Of a DNA stretch of 57,512 bases, positions 40,279 through 49,668 are shown in pieces. This stretch comes from Fidelibacterota bacterium (GTDB taxonomy: Bacteria; Fidelibacterota; Fidelibacteria; Fidelibacterales; DSDE01), in NCBI GenBank assembly GCA_046735395.1, contig JBJKQR010000042.1, forward strand, positions 1 to 57,512, read 5' to 3'. Under the pieces are notes generated by a model that worked only from the letters and a program-made list of their open reading frames with translations, was not told the origin of the DNA and searched no databases. Made by a program: the position numbers and the translations under genes. Positions within the stretch are counted from its first letter, which is position 1. Every line of letters starts with the position of its first letter.

Positions 40279-41598
40279 ATGAAAAAGCGCAATGTGGTCA
40301 TTATGGGCGCAGCCGGACGCGATTTTCACAATTTTAACACGGTCTTCCGGCAGGACGAAACGAAAAATGTTGTGGCCTTTACGGCAACACAGATCCCGGA
40401 TATTGACGGACGGAGATACCCACCGGAACTGGCAGGCCCTCTCTATCCGGATGGAATCCCTATCCTGGCCGAATCTGAACTGCCCCGCATCCTGTCTGAT
40501 CAGGATGTGGATGATGTGATCTTTTCCTACAGTGATGTTCCGCATGAATATGTCATGCATAAAGCGTCCCTTGTGAACAGCCTGGGAGCAAATTTCATCC
40601 TGCTCGGCGGGAAAGAGACCATGCTCAGGTCCTCAAAACCCGTGATTGCCGTGAATGCCGTACGAACCGGCAGCGGAAAATCCCAGACCAGCCGGGCTGT
40701 GGTTCAGATATTGAAATCCATGGGGAAGAACGTTGTTTCCGTGCGCCACCCCATGCCGTATGGGGATCTCGTTCGCCAGAAAGTTCAGAGATACGCAGGT
40801 CTGGAGGACCTGAAACGTCACCAATGCACTATCGAGGAAATGGAGGAATACGAACCGCATATTGATATGGGATCCATCATCTACGCCGGTGTGGATTATG
40901 AAGCCATACTTCGGGAAGCGGAAAAGGAAGCCGATGTGATCATCTGGGACGGCGGCAATAATGACACATCCTTTTACAAGGCAGATCTGGTCATCACGGT
41001 CGCGGATCCTCACAGAGCGGGGCATGAAATCGCCTATTACCCGGGAGAAAGCAATCTGCTCATGGCAGACGTGGTGGTCATCAATAAAATCGACACGGCA
41101 GATCCGGACGACGTGAACAGGGTTCGCCGCAATATTCAGGAAAGGAATCCAAAGGCGGTCATCATCGATGCAGCCTCTCCCCTGCATGTGGACCATCCTG
41201 AAGCGATCCGCAATAAACGGGTATTGGTTGTGGAGGACGGCCCCACACTCACCCACGGTGAAATGCGCTATGGGGCCGGTACGGTCGCGGCACGCAAATT
41301 TGCGGCCGCTGAAATCATAGATCCGCGGCAATGGACTGTCGGATCCATCAGCGATACCTATAAAAAATATCCCGATATCGGTTGTCTGCTTCCGGCCATG
41401 GGCTACGGTTATGACCAGGTCGTCGATCTGCAGAGCACCATTGAAAATGTGGACTGCGACACCGTTATCATCGGAACACCCATTGACCTGAACCGTATTA
41501 TCCATATCAGACAGGCTACTGCCCGGGTAAGCTATACCCTGCAGGAAATCGGAGAACCCACGCTGCAATCCATACTGGAGGACTTTTTGAATGACTAA
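40279..41598 (+). CDS. P-loop NTPase of the cyclic-2,3-DPG-synthetase-like family; probable arginine synthetase (ArcE-like)
   Basis: IMGAAGRDFHNFN, AVRTGSGKSQTS, RHPMPYG, WDGGNND, VEDGPTLTHG, LPAMGY; coupled to carbamate kinase. Confidence 0.7.
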   Translation: MKKRNVVIMGAAGRDFHNFNTVFRQDETKNVVAFTATQIPDIDGRRYPPELAGPLYPDGIPILAESELPRILSDQDVDDVIFSYSDVPHEYVMHKASLVNSLGANFILLGGKETMLRSSKPVIAVNAVRTGSGKSQTSRAVVQILKSMGKNVVSVRHPMPYGDLVRQKVQRYAGLEDLKRHQCTIEEMEEYEPHIDMGSIIYAGVDYEAILREAEKEADVIIWDGGNNDTSFYKADLVITVADPHRAGHEIAYYPGESNLLMADVVVINKIDTADPDDVNRVRRNIQERNPKAVIIDAASPLHVDHPEAIRNKRVLVVEDGPTLTHGEMRYGAGTVAARKFAAAEIIDPRQWTVGSISDTYKKYPDIGCLLPAMGYGYDQVVDLQSTIENVDCDTVIIGTPIDLNRIIHIRQATARVSYTLQEIGEPTLQSILEDFLND

Positions 41599-42550
41599 AT
41601 TTCGTACCGCTGTTGTTGCCCTGGGCGGAAACGCCATTTCACCCGGCGGAAAAGCCGACATTCATGAGGAATTTTCCAACACACGAAAATCCATGGCTGC
41701 CATCATGCACTTTATCCATCATGACTACAATCTCGCCATCACCCACGGAAACGGCCCTCAGGTGGGCAACGATCTGCTTCGTGTGGAAATGGCCCGCAAT
41801 ATCCTGCCGGACGTTCCTCTCGGTGTCCTGGTCGCCTCCACTCAGGGTTCTATCGGGTACATGATCGAACAGAGCCTGAAAAATATCCTGCGCCGCGAAC
41901 GGGCGGAACGCTATGTCGTTACGGTGATCACTCAGGTTAAAATTGATATCAATGATCCGGCCTGCTCAGATCCGTCCAAATTCATCGGGCAATTCTTCAC
42001 GAAGGAGGAAATAGATGAAAAAATCCGTGACAACGGATGGTCGGTAAAGGAAGTTCCGGGCAAGGGCTGGCGTCGGGTCGTTCCCTCACCCAAGCCGGTA
42101 AAAATCATTAACCGGCGCTATATCAAGCAGCTTGTGGACAGCCGCGTTGTCGTGATTGCAGCCGGCGGCGGCGGTATTCCCATTTACAAGGATCAAAACA
42201 ATAATTATGAAGGATTCGATGCTGTCATTGACAAGGATCTGGCATCGGCTGTTCTCGCCAACGGAATCGGCGCCGAAGAACTGTTCATCCTCACCGGTGT
42301 GGACAAGATCTACCGGAATTTCGGCCAGGACAATGAAGAAGCTCTCGACAGACTCACGCTTAAGCAGGCCGAAACTCTGCTGAAATCGGGAGAATTTCCC
42401 AAAGGCAGCATGGGGCCGAAAATCGAAGGCGCGGTGAATTTTCTCCGTAATGGCGGCCGAAAAGTCGTTATTACATCCTTGGAAAAAGTGGAGGAAGCAC
42501 TGCTGGGAAAGGACGGATCCGTCATCCTTCCCCGACCGGTCCGGATCTGA
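41591..42550 (+). CDS. arcC: Carbamate kinase
   Basis: VALGGNA, THGNGPQVG, KFIG, RRVVPSP, GGGGIP, AVIDKD, GSMGPK. Confidence 0.95.
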   Translation: MTKFRTAVVALGGNAISPGGKADIHEEFSNTRKSMAAIMHFIHHDYNLAITHGNGPQVGNDLLRVEMARNILPDVPLGVLVASTQGSIGYMIEQSLKNILRRERAERYVVTVITQVKIDINDPACSDPSKFIGQFFTKEEIDEKIRDNGWSVKEVPGKGWRRVVPSPKPVKIINRRYIKQLVDSRVVVIAAGGGGIPIYKDQNNNYEGFDAVIDKDLASAVLANGIGAEELFILTGVDKIYRNFGQDNEEALDRLTLKQAETLLKSGEFPKGSMGPKIEGAVNFLRNGGRKVVITSLEKVEEALLGKDGSVILPRPVRI

Positions 42551-42616
42551 TTATCAGATAGAGATTATTGAAAATATTTCAGGTGACATAGAACAGATGG
42601 AAGACAGGCGGAGATC

Positions 42617-43327
42617 TCAGGCCTGAAAAGTGGGAAAGATCTCCAAATTTTCCGGCTGGACCCAGGGTGCGATAAGCAGGGGGATATTGATATCCGTGCT
42701 GTTTACCCGCGGAGAGACGCCGTGATAATCCAGATCATGAAAGCTGTCAGACAGGCGATCCTTCAGTTCCGGATAATCATGATTTGCAGTATCCAGCCAT
42801 GCCCGCGTCAGATCTTCAGGGAGAATCACGGGCATGCGGTGATGAATATCAGCTGCCGGCCCGTCCGCATTCCGGGTCAGGATGGTATAGGTCCACAGGG
42901 TATGTCCGCCGGGAACCTCTCTGCTCGTAAATAATCCGGCCATGGGCAGAATGGCCCGGTCCTTCCGATAGAGATAATAGGGCTGCTTCCGCCGCCCCAC
43001 ATTTTTCCATTCATAATATCCATCGGCAATCACGATGCAGCGACGGTCGCTGACCAGATCCCTGAACGCCGGTTTATCCTCCACTGTCTCCAGCCGGGCG
43101 TTGATGAGTTTCTGGGCGCTTCTCTCGCCCACAGGCCCGTCGGGGATAAGTCCCCAGTGCATTCCCCGCACCTGCCGGCCTTTGTCACCCGACAGCAGAA
43201 CAGGATGCCGCTGCGATGGGGCCACATTGTAACTGGGCTGAAAATCAAAATCCTCTTCCCAGAATTCCACCAGAAGTTCCTCGATAATTTCCTGTTTCCC
43301 TTTTGTCAGCGTTTTACGTCCGCACAT
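42617..43327 (-). CDS. SOS response-associated peptidase (SRAP/YedK)
   Basis: MCGR start (catalytic Cys2), YNVAPSQ, WGL, INAR.E, GYYEW, IHHRMPVIL. Confidence 0.92.
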   Translation of the reverse strand: MCGRKTLTKGKQEIIEELLVEFWEEDFDFQPSYNVAPSQRHPVLLSGDKGRQVRGMHWGLIPDGPVGERSAQKLINARLETVEDKPAFRDLVSDRRCIVIADGYYEWKNVGRRKQPYYLYRKDRAILPMAGLFTSREVPGGHTLWTYTILTRNADGPAADIHHRMPVILPEDLTRAWLDTANHDYPELKDRLSDSFHDLDYHGVSPRVNSTDINIPLLIAPWVQPENLEIFPTFQA

Positions 43328-43393
43328 ACTGTTCATTTCCTTTCTGCTGAATATATGAAATATTTTTCATCGGAATCACGCTTTATTCCCGGC

Positions 43394-46387
43394 CTATCCC
43401 GAGCCTCTGAGCTGCTTCTGCAGCTGAAGTTTTTCCGCCATGCGCGGCAGGCTGGACATCTTTTCCACCGTGACGCTGCAGACGCCGAAACTCTCTTCCA
43501 CCCTGCCCCGGATGATATACAGGGTTTCCCAGTTGAGCAGATCTGCATACTGCGTGTACACATCCGGAAACAGCACGCATTCAAAAATATCCGTTTCATC
43601 CTCGAAGGTAGCAAATTCCATGGGATCCTGTTTGCGGGTCTGTGTCACTTTTCGTGTGATGTAGACACCCGCCAGATTGATGGTCTGACCCACACAGGCC
43701 GAAAGCTCCGCCGCCTTGCGGATCCGTCCCTCAAAAAACGGCAGCCAGGGTTCAAGGGGATGACGGCTGACCGGAAATCCGAAGGCTTCCATTTCTATAT
43801 CGGCCTCTTCCTCGGATGTCAGATCTTCCCCGCCCGTGCTCAGCATCAGCGGCTGCCTGTCGTCTTTCTGCAGATAATAGGCCGCAACGCGCAGCGCAAT
43901 ATTCCTGTAGGACGTTTCCGGATCCAGAGACCTGAAGCAGCCGGCCCGGCACAGCGACATGGCATCGCCCAGATCCAGATCCACACGCATGAAAAAATCT
44001 TCCAGGCTGCTGAAGAATCCGGACTTCCGTTCATTCAGAATCCGTTCAACCGCCTTCTGCGTCAGATTCCGGATGGCCATAAAACCGATCCGGATGCGCG
44101 CTTCCCTGCCTTTGTAGGCCTTGTCGCTGAGATTGATATCCGGCAGGAGTATCTCGATGCCGAAGCGGCGGGCTTCGCTCAGATAGGCGTAGGCTGAATA
44201 AAAGCCGCCCTGATTCGTAATGACCGCGGCCAGAAATTCGGCGGTAAAATGGCTCTTCAGATAGGCACAGGTGAAGGAGAGCATGGCGTAGGACGCGGAA
44301 TGGGGCTTGCAGAAGGAATAGCCGGAAAAGGACTGTATCATCTCCCACAGCTGCTGAGCCAGATCTTTCGAATATCCCCGTTTCAGGGCGCCGCGCATGA
44401 ATTTGCGGTACCAGCGGGGAACGAGATGGGACAGCGAGGGACGTGAAATCACCTTCCGGATGTAATCCGACTCCGCATAGCCGAAACCGGCTATTTTCCG
44501 GGCCACCATCGACACCTGTTCCTCATAGACCATGATGCCGTAGCTTTCGCTGAGACAGTCCAGATCGGGATGAGGGAGCGCCCAGGGCTTCCCGTGTATC
44601 CGCTCCAGCATCACATTGATAAAACGGTTTGCCGCCGGGCGGATAATGGAGGAATAGATGACCACATGTTCGAAATCCACGCGTCCGGCCTTCGCCAGCA
44701 ACTGCCGCGTAGCAGGGCTTTCGATATAGAATACACCCATGGTGCGGCCGGATGTCATCAGCGCCTCCGTTTCCGCATCACCCACAGGATGAATCTGATG
44801 ATAATCCATATACTGGTTGCGGTACAACCCGATCTGCTTCAGGGTGTCACGAACCACCGCCAGGGACCGGTTGCCCAGAATATCGATCTTCAGCAGCCCC
44901 GAATCCTCAACCTGATCCTTTTCCCATTCAACGATCTGCACACCCTTGGGCGCCGTGAGGACGGGAACGTATTTCCGGATTTCATCCGGTACGATGATCA
45001 CGCCGCCCGGATGCACGGACGCGACATGGAACACGCCGGTGAGACGTTCGCTCTTTTCCAGAATATCCTCCAGCAGATCGTCCATATCCAGATTCTGAAA
45101 ACGTTTGTCTTCACGGACCCACTGCAGCAGCTGGCCCCGGTGCCGCTGCCAGCCGACCCGTTTCGTGACGGACCTGATCTCATCATTGGACAATCCGTGA
45201 ACCTTTGCCACCTCCCGGATGGCAGAACGGGTCTGGAGAAACACCTGACTGGCCACCATGGCAGAGCGGTGCTTCCCGTACTTATTGAAAATATAATCCA
45301 GAATCTGATCCCGTTCATCCCAGGGAAAATCAATATCAATATCCGGCATATCAACCCGTTCAGGATGGATGAAACGTTCGAAATGCAGCCGGTAGCGGAT
45401 GGGATCGACCTGGGTAATGAAGAGACAGTAGGATACGATGGACGCGGCGCCCGATCCTCTGCCGATGGTGGAGCGGGTATGCCGGACGATATCCCGGACA
45501 ATGAGAAAATAGGGCGAAAATCCCTTCTGTATGATGAGAGACAATTCGTATTCAATGCGTTCCCGGATCACATCGGTCAGCTGTCCGTAGCGTTTGGCCG
45601 CGCCGGCATATACCTGAGAACGCAGCATGGTGCTGGCCTTGCGGGTCGCCTCCAGACTCAGGCCGGGAAAAATCGTGTTTACATAGCTCCAGTCCGATTT
45701 ACAGCGCTCGGCAAGATACTGAGAATTATTGATGGCCTGCAGGCTGTTGGGAAAAAGGGTCTGCATGGCCTTTTCATCCCGGAAGTAATGCTGTTTCGGC
45801 TTGCACTCGCTGTCGGGAAGCCCGGTCAGAGTCCGGTTCGTGTCAATGGCCCGCAGGAGACGGTGATAGAGCTGATCATTCTCTTCGGCAAAATACACAT
45901 CTCCGGTGACAACCAGCTCAAGCTGAAAGCGCTTACCCAATTCCGTGGCGGCCGCCTCGCTCATTCCCGGACGGAGCTCCACAAAAAGGTGAGTATTGGG
46001 AATATGACGGACCAGCAGTTCCAGATCCTGCTCCAGATGAGCCAGTACGAATACCCCGGCATAACGCCGTTCCATAAAAAGCCGGGCATCGTCCCCGGGA
46101 TGGTCATGCACATGGCTGACAATGCGGCAGAGATTTTCGTAGCCGGCCTGGTTTTCCGCGAGCAGAATCAGGTCGCTGCCGCCGCTGATAATATTCACGC
46201 CGGCGATGGGCCGGATTCCGTAATCCCGCGCCGTCTGCACAAAATGGATAAATCCCCACATGCCGTTCACATCCGTCAGGGCCAGATGGGTCTGCCCCGC
46301 CGCCCGGACTTTTTCTAGGATTCCGTCCAGCGGCATCAGGCCGCGCATCCGGGAATATCTGGAATGCAGGTTCAGATGGGCAAACAT
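43394..46387 (-). CDS. dnaE2: Error-prone DNA polymerase III alpha (DnaE2/ImuC)
   Basis: PHP domain, GRGSGAAS, FERF, PDIDIDF, HPGG, KIDILG, YSFCKPH, OB fold; follows imuB. Confidence 0.9.
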   Translation of the reverse strand: MFAHLNLHSRYSRMRGLMPLDGILEKVRAAGQTHLALTDVNGMWGFIHFVQTARDYGIRPIAGVNIISGGSDLILLAENQAGYENLCRIVSHVHDHPGDDARLFMERRYAGVFVLAHLEQDLELLVRHIPNTHLFVELRPGMSEAAATELGKRFQLELVVTGDVYFAEENDQLYHRLLRAIDTNRTLTGLPDSECKPKQHYFRDEKAMQTLFPNSLQAINNSQYLAERCKSDWSYVNTIFPGLSLEATRKASTMLRSQVYAGAAKRYGQLTDVIRERIEYELSLIIQKGFSPYFLIVRDIVRHTRSTIGRGSGAASIVSYCLFITQVDPIRYRLHFERFIHPERVDMPDIDIDFPWDERDQILDYIFNKYGKHRSAMVASQVFLQTRSAIREVAKVHGLSNDEIRSVTKRVGWQRHRGQLLQWVREDKRFQNLDMDDLLEDILEKSERLTGVFHVASVHPGGVIIVPDEIRKYVPVLTAPKGVQIVEWEKDQVEDSGLLKIDILGNRSLAVVRDTLKQIGLYRNQYMDYHQIHPVGDAETEALMTSGRTMGVFYIESPATRQLLAKAGRVDFEHVVIYSSIIRPAANRFINVMLERIHGKPWALPHPDLDCLSESYGIMVYEEQVSMVARKIAGFGYAESDYIRKVISRPSLSHLVPRWYRKFMRGALKRGYSKDLAQQLWEMIQSFSGYSFCKPHSASYAMLSFTCAYLKSHFTAEFLAAVITNQGGFYSAYAYLSEARRFGIEILLPDINLSDKAYKGREARIRIGFMAIRNLTQKAVERILNERKSGFFSSLEDFFMRVDLDLGDAMSLCRAGCFRSLDPETSYRNIALRVAAYYLQKDDRQPLMLSTGGEDLTSEEEADIEMEAFGFPVSRHPLEPWLPFFEGRIRKAAELSACVGQTINLAGVYITRKVTQTRKQDPMEFATFEDETDIFECVLFPDVYTQYADLLNWETLYIIRGRVEESFGVCSVTVEKMSSLPRMAEKLQLQKQLRGSG

Positions 46388-47580
46388 TTCCGCCTCTCCC
46401 GGGCAAGCCCTTCCGCGCCGGATCCGAACAGGCCGGCGGCCGTCATGATACTCTCAAATCCGTATTTTTCCCGGAGCGTGTCCGCCATAATCGAGATGCG
46501 CCGCTCACGATCCTCCCGCTGACTGAAGAGCCCCAGCTGTTCGGCATCGGAAACCAGATCCCGGGCACAGACCATGAGGCTCCGGATCCGGTTCCGCCGT
46601 TCATTGGCCTTTGTAAAAAGATCTGCGGATACCTTCACCACCTCCGCATCGCTGTTGGCCGGCAGGCGTCCTTTCCCGCTCTTCCGGAATCCGTCGCTGT
46701 AATGGATCTCCAGACTGTAATAACGGGCCAGACGATGCCGTTTCCGCAGTTCGTAGGCCGTCTGCTCCGCGAGTCTGCGTACAGCGGCAAGGAGGATGTC
46801 ATCATGATTTGTATCGGCATTCAGCACCAGCTGGTTGACTATCTGCTCTCCCTGTCTGGGCGGCGTAACCAGGCGGGGATCGTCTCCCCGCGACTCCCGG
46901 TACAGCAGCGCGGCCGCCACGGTCCCGAAGAGAACCGCGGCCGCGGCCCGGTCAGACGTGAGGCTGCGAATATCCCGGATCGTACGCAGAAACAGAAAGG
47001 AAATCAGTTTGTCCAGCGCGGGCGACTGAAGCGACGGCAGAAGCCGTGATGGCAGCGGATCGAGAAAACGGGTCTCGCTGCCTCCCGGAATCTCATGAAT
47101 CTCCTCCTCCGTAACAGCCGTGGAAATACTGCTGACCAGCTTGCTGCTGCTGATTCCGACCTGTCCCTTCAGGCTGACCACATCCCGCAGAGTCCGGCTG
47201 ACGGAAAAAGCGGCCTGACGAAGGCCCCGGTACTGCCGTTCCATTCCGCTCATATCCAGATAATACTGTCCCAGATGCTCCGGCTCCGTTAATGGCGAAT
47301 AGTGGTTAACCTGCTGATATACATAGTTATTGACCCGTTCATATAAAGTTTTGTTATAAGGGAGAAAACGGGTAATCCGGGACATTTTCCGGGCCAGATT
47401 CACACTCAGCCCCGGATACAGCCCTTCCTCCGTCGCTTCCGGCGACACGGCCATGAGCGTCCCATTCTGATGATGTGACGAAATAATGGCCAGGGAACGC
47501 TGCCGCAGTCCGCTGTCCAGAAGGCGTTCGCTCTGAACCTCAAAACCGGGGATCCGTATGTGAAAAATAGATCGGGACAT
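46372..47580 (-). CDS. imuB: ImuB-like, catalytically degenerate Y-family polymerase
   Basis: DinB-like layout, but the acidic motifs read HIRIPGF and HLGQYYLD; C-terminal clamp motif QLGLF and D.LREKYG. Confidence 0.8.
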   Translation of the reverse strand: MSRSIFHIRIPGFEVQSERLLDSGLRQRSLAIISSHHQNGTLMAVSPEATEEGLYPGLSVNLARKMSRITRFLPYNKTLYERVNNYVYQQVNHYSPLTEPEHLGQYYLDMSGMERQYRGLRQAAFSVSRTLRDVVSLKGQVGISSSKLVSSISTAVTEEEIHEIPGGSETRFLDPLPSRLLPSLQSPALDKLISFLFLRTIRDIRSLTSDRAAAAVLFGTVAAALLYRESRGDDPRLVTPPRQGEQIVNQLVLNADTNHDDILLAAVRRLAEQTAYELRKRHRLARYYSLEIHYSDGFRKSGKGRLPANSDAEVVKVSADLFTKANERRNRIRSLMVCARDLVSDAEQLGLFSQREDRERRISIMADTLREKYGFESIMTAAGLFGSGAEGLARERRKCLPI

Positions 47581-47622
47581 ATCTGCTTCAGGTCTCTTTT
47601 CTCATTTGGCCGACAGGCACCA

Positions 47623-48240
47623 TCAGGCCTCATATTTCCGGAAAACATAGAGCAATTCGCCTCCCAGCCGAAACTCATCGTCCGGAAGGACATGAATAAT
47701 ATCATACTCGGGATTCCGGGGATGCAGCTCAATATGGTCATCCGCGGGATAATAGCGTTTCAGCGTCGCATCGCCATTCACATAGGCCACAACGATGCGG
47801 CCCGGAGCCACCTCTTCCCTGCGGCGGATAATAACGTAATCCCCGTCCTGAATATGATCATCGATCATGGAATCGCCCCGAACCCGGAGCACATAATTAT
47901 CAGGATGCCGGTAGGAAGTGGGAACCTCTATATATTCGGGGATTTCGATCGCCTCCAGAGGATATCCTGCCGCAATGTATCCGGCGAGCGGCAGTACGCT
48001 TCCCTCCCCGGCCTCAGCATCGTCCGGAAGCCGGAGAGCACGCTTGCCGTTGGGCCCCCGGTCCCTGATGAGTACACCGTCCTTTTCCAGGGTCTTTACA
48101 TACCAGTTCACCGTACCCAGTGAGGCAAATCCCAGCGCCTCCATCACTTCCTGAAAACTGGGTGCCTGCCCATGCCTCTGCGTGTACTCCCGAATGAAAT
48201 TCACGAATTTCTGCTTTTTCTCCGACAAGTTCTGCTGCAT
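47623..48240 (-). CDS. lexA: LexA repressor
   Basis: N-terminal wHTH (PSFQE..GFAS..V), AAG cleavage site, GDSM (Ser), TLKR (Lys). Confidence 0.93.
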   Translation of the reverse strand: MQQNLSEKKQKFVNFIREYTQRHGQAPSFQEVMEALGFASLGTVNWYVKTLEKDGVLIRDRGPNGKRALRLPDDAEAGEGSVLPLAGYIAAGYPLEAIEIPEYIEVPTSYRHPDNYVLRVRGDSMIDDHIQDGDYVIIRRREEVAPGRIVVAYVNGDATLKRYYPADDHIELHPRNPEYDIIHVLPDDEFRLGGELLYVFRKYEA

Positions 48241-48249
48241 GATACGCTC

Positions 48250-48300
48250 CTCGTATGTTGCTCGTAAGTATAATTTACGCCTTTCCCGAAATCAGCGCAA
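48250..48300 (-). promoter_or_regulatory. lexA promoter with overlapping candidate operator
   Basis: Minus strand TTGCGC-N17-TAAATT; palindrome CGTAA-N7-TTACG (48263-48279); direct repeat CTCGTA at 48250 and 48261. Confidence 0.5.
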
Positions 48301-48382
48301 GCGGCTTTTATTTTTTCCGCCGGCAATGCATCACAGAACGGAAACAATCCCGCCCGCCGTATCAGCCCCGTAAATGACAGCA

Positions 48383-48781
48383 TCAGTCCAGAAGCTGTAT
48401 AATATCCTGTATGTTCGACTTGATTTTCTGTATCAGATCCGAGATCTGCTCTTCCCGGCTCGGCGGCAGAGGCTTTTCCTCCTCGTCCAGCACCGTCAGG
48501 TAATTTCTCAGCAACTCTCCGAGGCGCTTCTCATCACTGTACTGCTCTATCAGTTCCCGCGCCCCCTGTATGGTATATTTCTTCTCGTAGAGCAGATATT
48601 TTATAAACTGCAGAAGCTGAATGTCCGAATCCTTGTAAATACGGTTTCCCGCCCGGTTCTTCTGCGGGTTCAATACGTCAAATTCACTCTCCCAGTAACG
48701 AAGCACATATTGCTTCAAACCGGTCATCCGACTCACATCGCCAATCGAATAATAAAGTTTCTTTATGGTTGCAAATTCCAT
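48383..48781 (-). CDS. MerR-family transcriptional regulator
   Basis: YYSIGDVS....VLRYWESEF..L.P.K..GNR.Y...LLY..YTI.GA. Confidence 0.9.
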   Translation of the reverse strand: MEFATIKKLYYSIGDVSRMTGLKQYVLRYWESEFDVLNPQKNRAGNRIYKDSDIQLLQFIKYLLYEKKYTIQGARELIEQYSDEKRLGELLRNYLTVLDEEEKPLPPSREEQISDLIQKIKSNIQDIIQLLD

Positions 48782-49117
48782 TATTTACGCCAATGACTTC
48801 AACCTTTACTTGAATAATATAAAATAAAGAGCTGTAAATCAAGGATATTTTAGAAGGCAGATCATATGAGCTGATTGGATGGTGTGGGTGTTAATCAGCT
48901 GATCGTGAAAATCGACAACTCAAATGTTTTATTTATAATATCCTGAAACCTTTTGCAGTTCACTGCGCCTGAACGCGATTTATCGTGTTGTGTAGAAAAC
49001 ATATAGAATCCCCAAAGAGGCCTGTCTATAGCTGTTCCTGACACAAATCCGTCAGCTATAACCCCGATTTCACCGGAAATAGATTGAGGATGATATACGA
49101 TGGAAAAAGCCGGGGAT

Positions 49118-49149
49118 AAAAAAACGGCCGGTTTCAGAGAGCCCGGCCG
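49118..49149 (-). terminator. Intrinsic terminator after receiver gene
   Basis: Minus strand CGGCCGG..CCGGCCG followed by T7. Confidence 0.7.
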
Positions 49150-49182
49150 AATAGATTATTTTAAAAAATGAAAGTATCAGAA

Positions 49183-49590
49183 TCAGTCTTTCGAATCGTC
49201 CTTTTCCTTGACCCAGCGGTTGATCTTTTCGAAGCTCTGGGAAACAACTTCACGGAACTTGACAATGCTGAAGGGTTTGAGAAACATGTCATCAAACCCT
49301 GCTTCCCGACAGGTCGCAAGATTGTACAGAGACGAATAGCCGGTCATGGCATAGATGAGTTCCATATGATGGTTTTTCCGAACTTTTCGGCATAACTCCA
49401 CACCATCCATCTCCGGCATATGCAGATCAAAGAACATGACCTTCGGATTCTGTTCCTGAATAATGTTCAGTGCGTTCGTGGCGCTGTCCGAGGTCAGAAC
49501 CTGGTATCCTTCATTCTCAAGGACAAGCTGCAGGGATATCAGAATATTTTTGTCATCATCGACAATGAGAACTTTCTTATTCACTGACAT
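49183..49590 (-). CDS. Stand-alone response regulator receiver
   Basis: VLIVDDD, DLHMPEMDG, MTG, KPF. Confidence 0.9.
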   Translation of the reverse strand: MSVNKKVLIVDDDKNILISLQLVLENEGYQVLTSDSATNALNIIQEQNPKVMFFDLHMPEMDGVELCRKVRKNHHMELIYAMTGYSSLYNLATCREAGFDDMFLKPFSIVKFREVVSQSFEKINRWVKEKDDSKD

Positions 49591-49627
49591 TTTAATTTAC
49601 CCTTACTGACATTTTTCGAATTTAAAT

Positions 49628-49658
49628 AAAAAAGGGCCCAAAACTGAGCCCTTTTTTT
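49628..49658. terminator. Intrinsic terminator downstream of PFOR
   Basis: AAAAAAGGGCCCA-AAAC-TGAGCCCTTTTTTT. Confidence 0.75.
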
Positions 49659-49668
49659 ATTTTTATGA

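Noticed and set aside
44570..46318. 582-aa plus-strand ORF
   Set aside because: Antisense shadow of dnaE2 with no recognisable motifs; the same applies to 22005..23099, 40633..41661, 43157..44197 and 15507..16403
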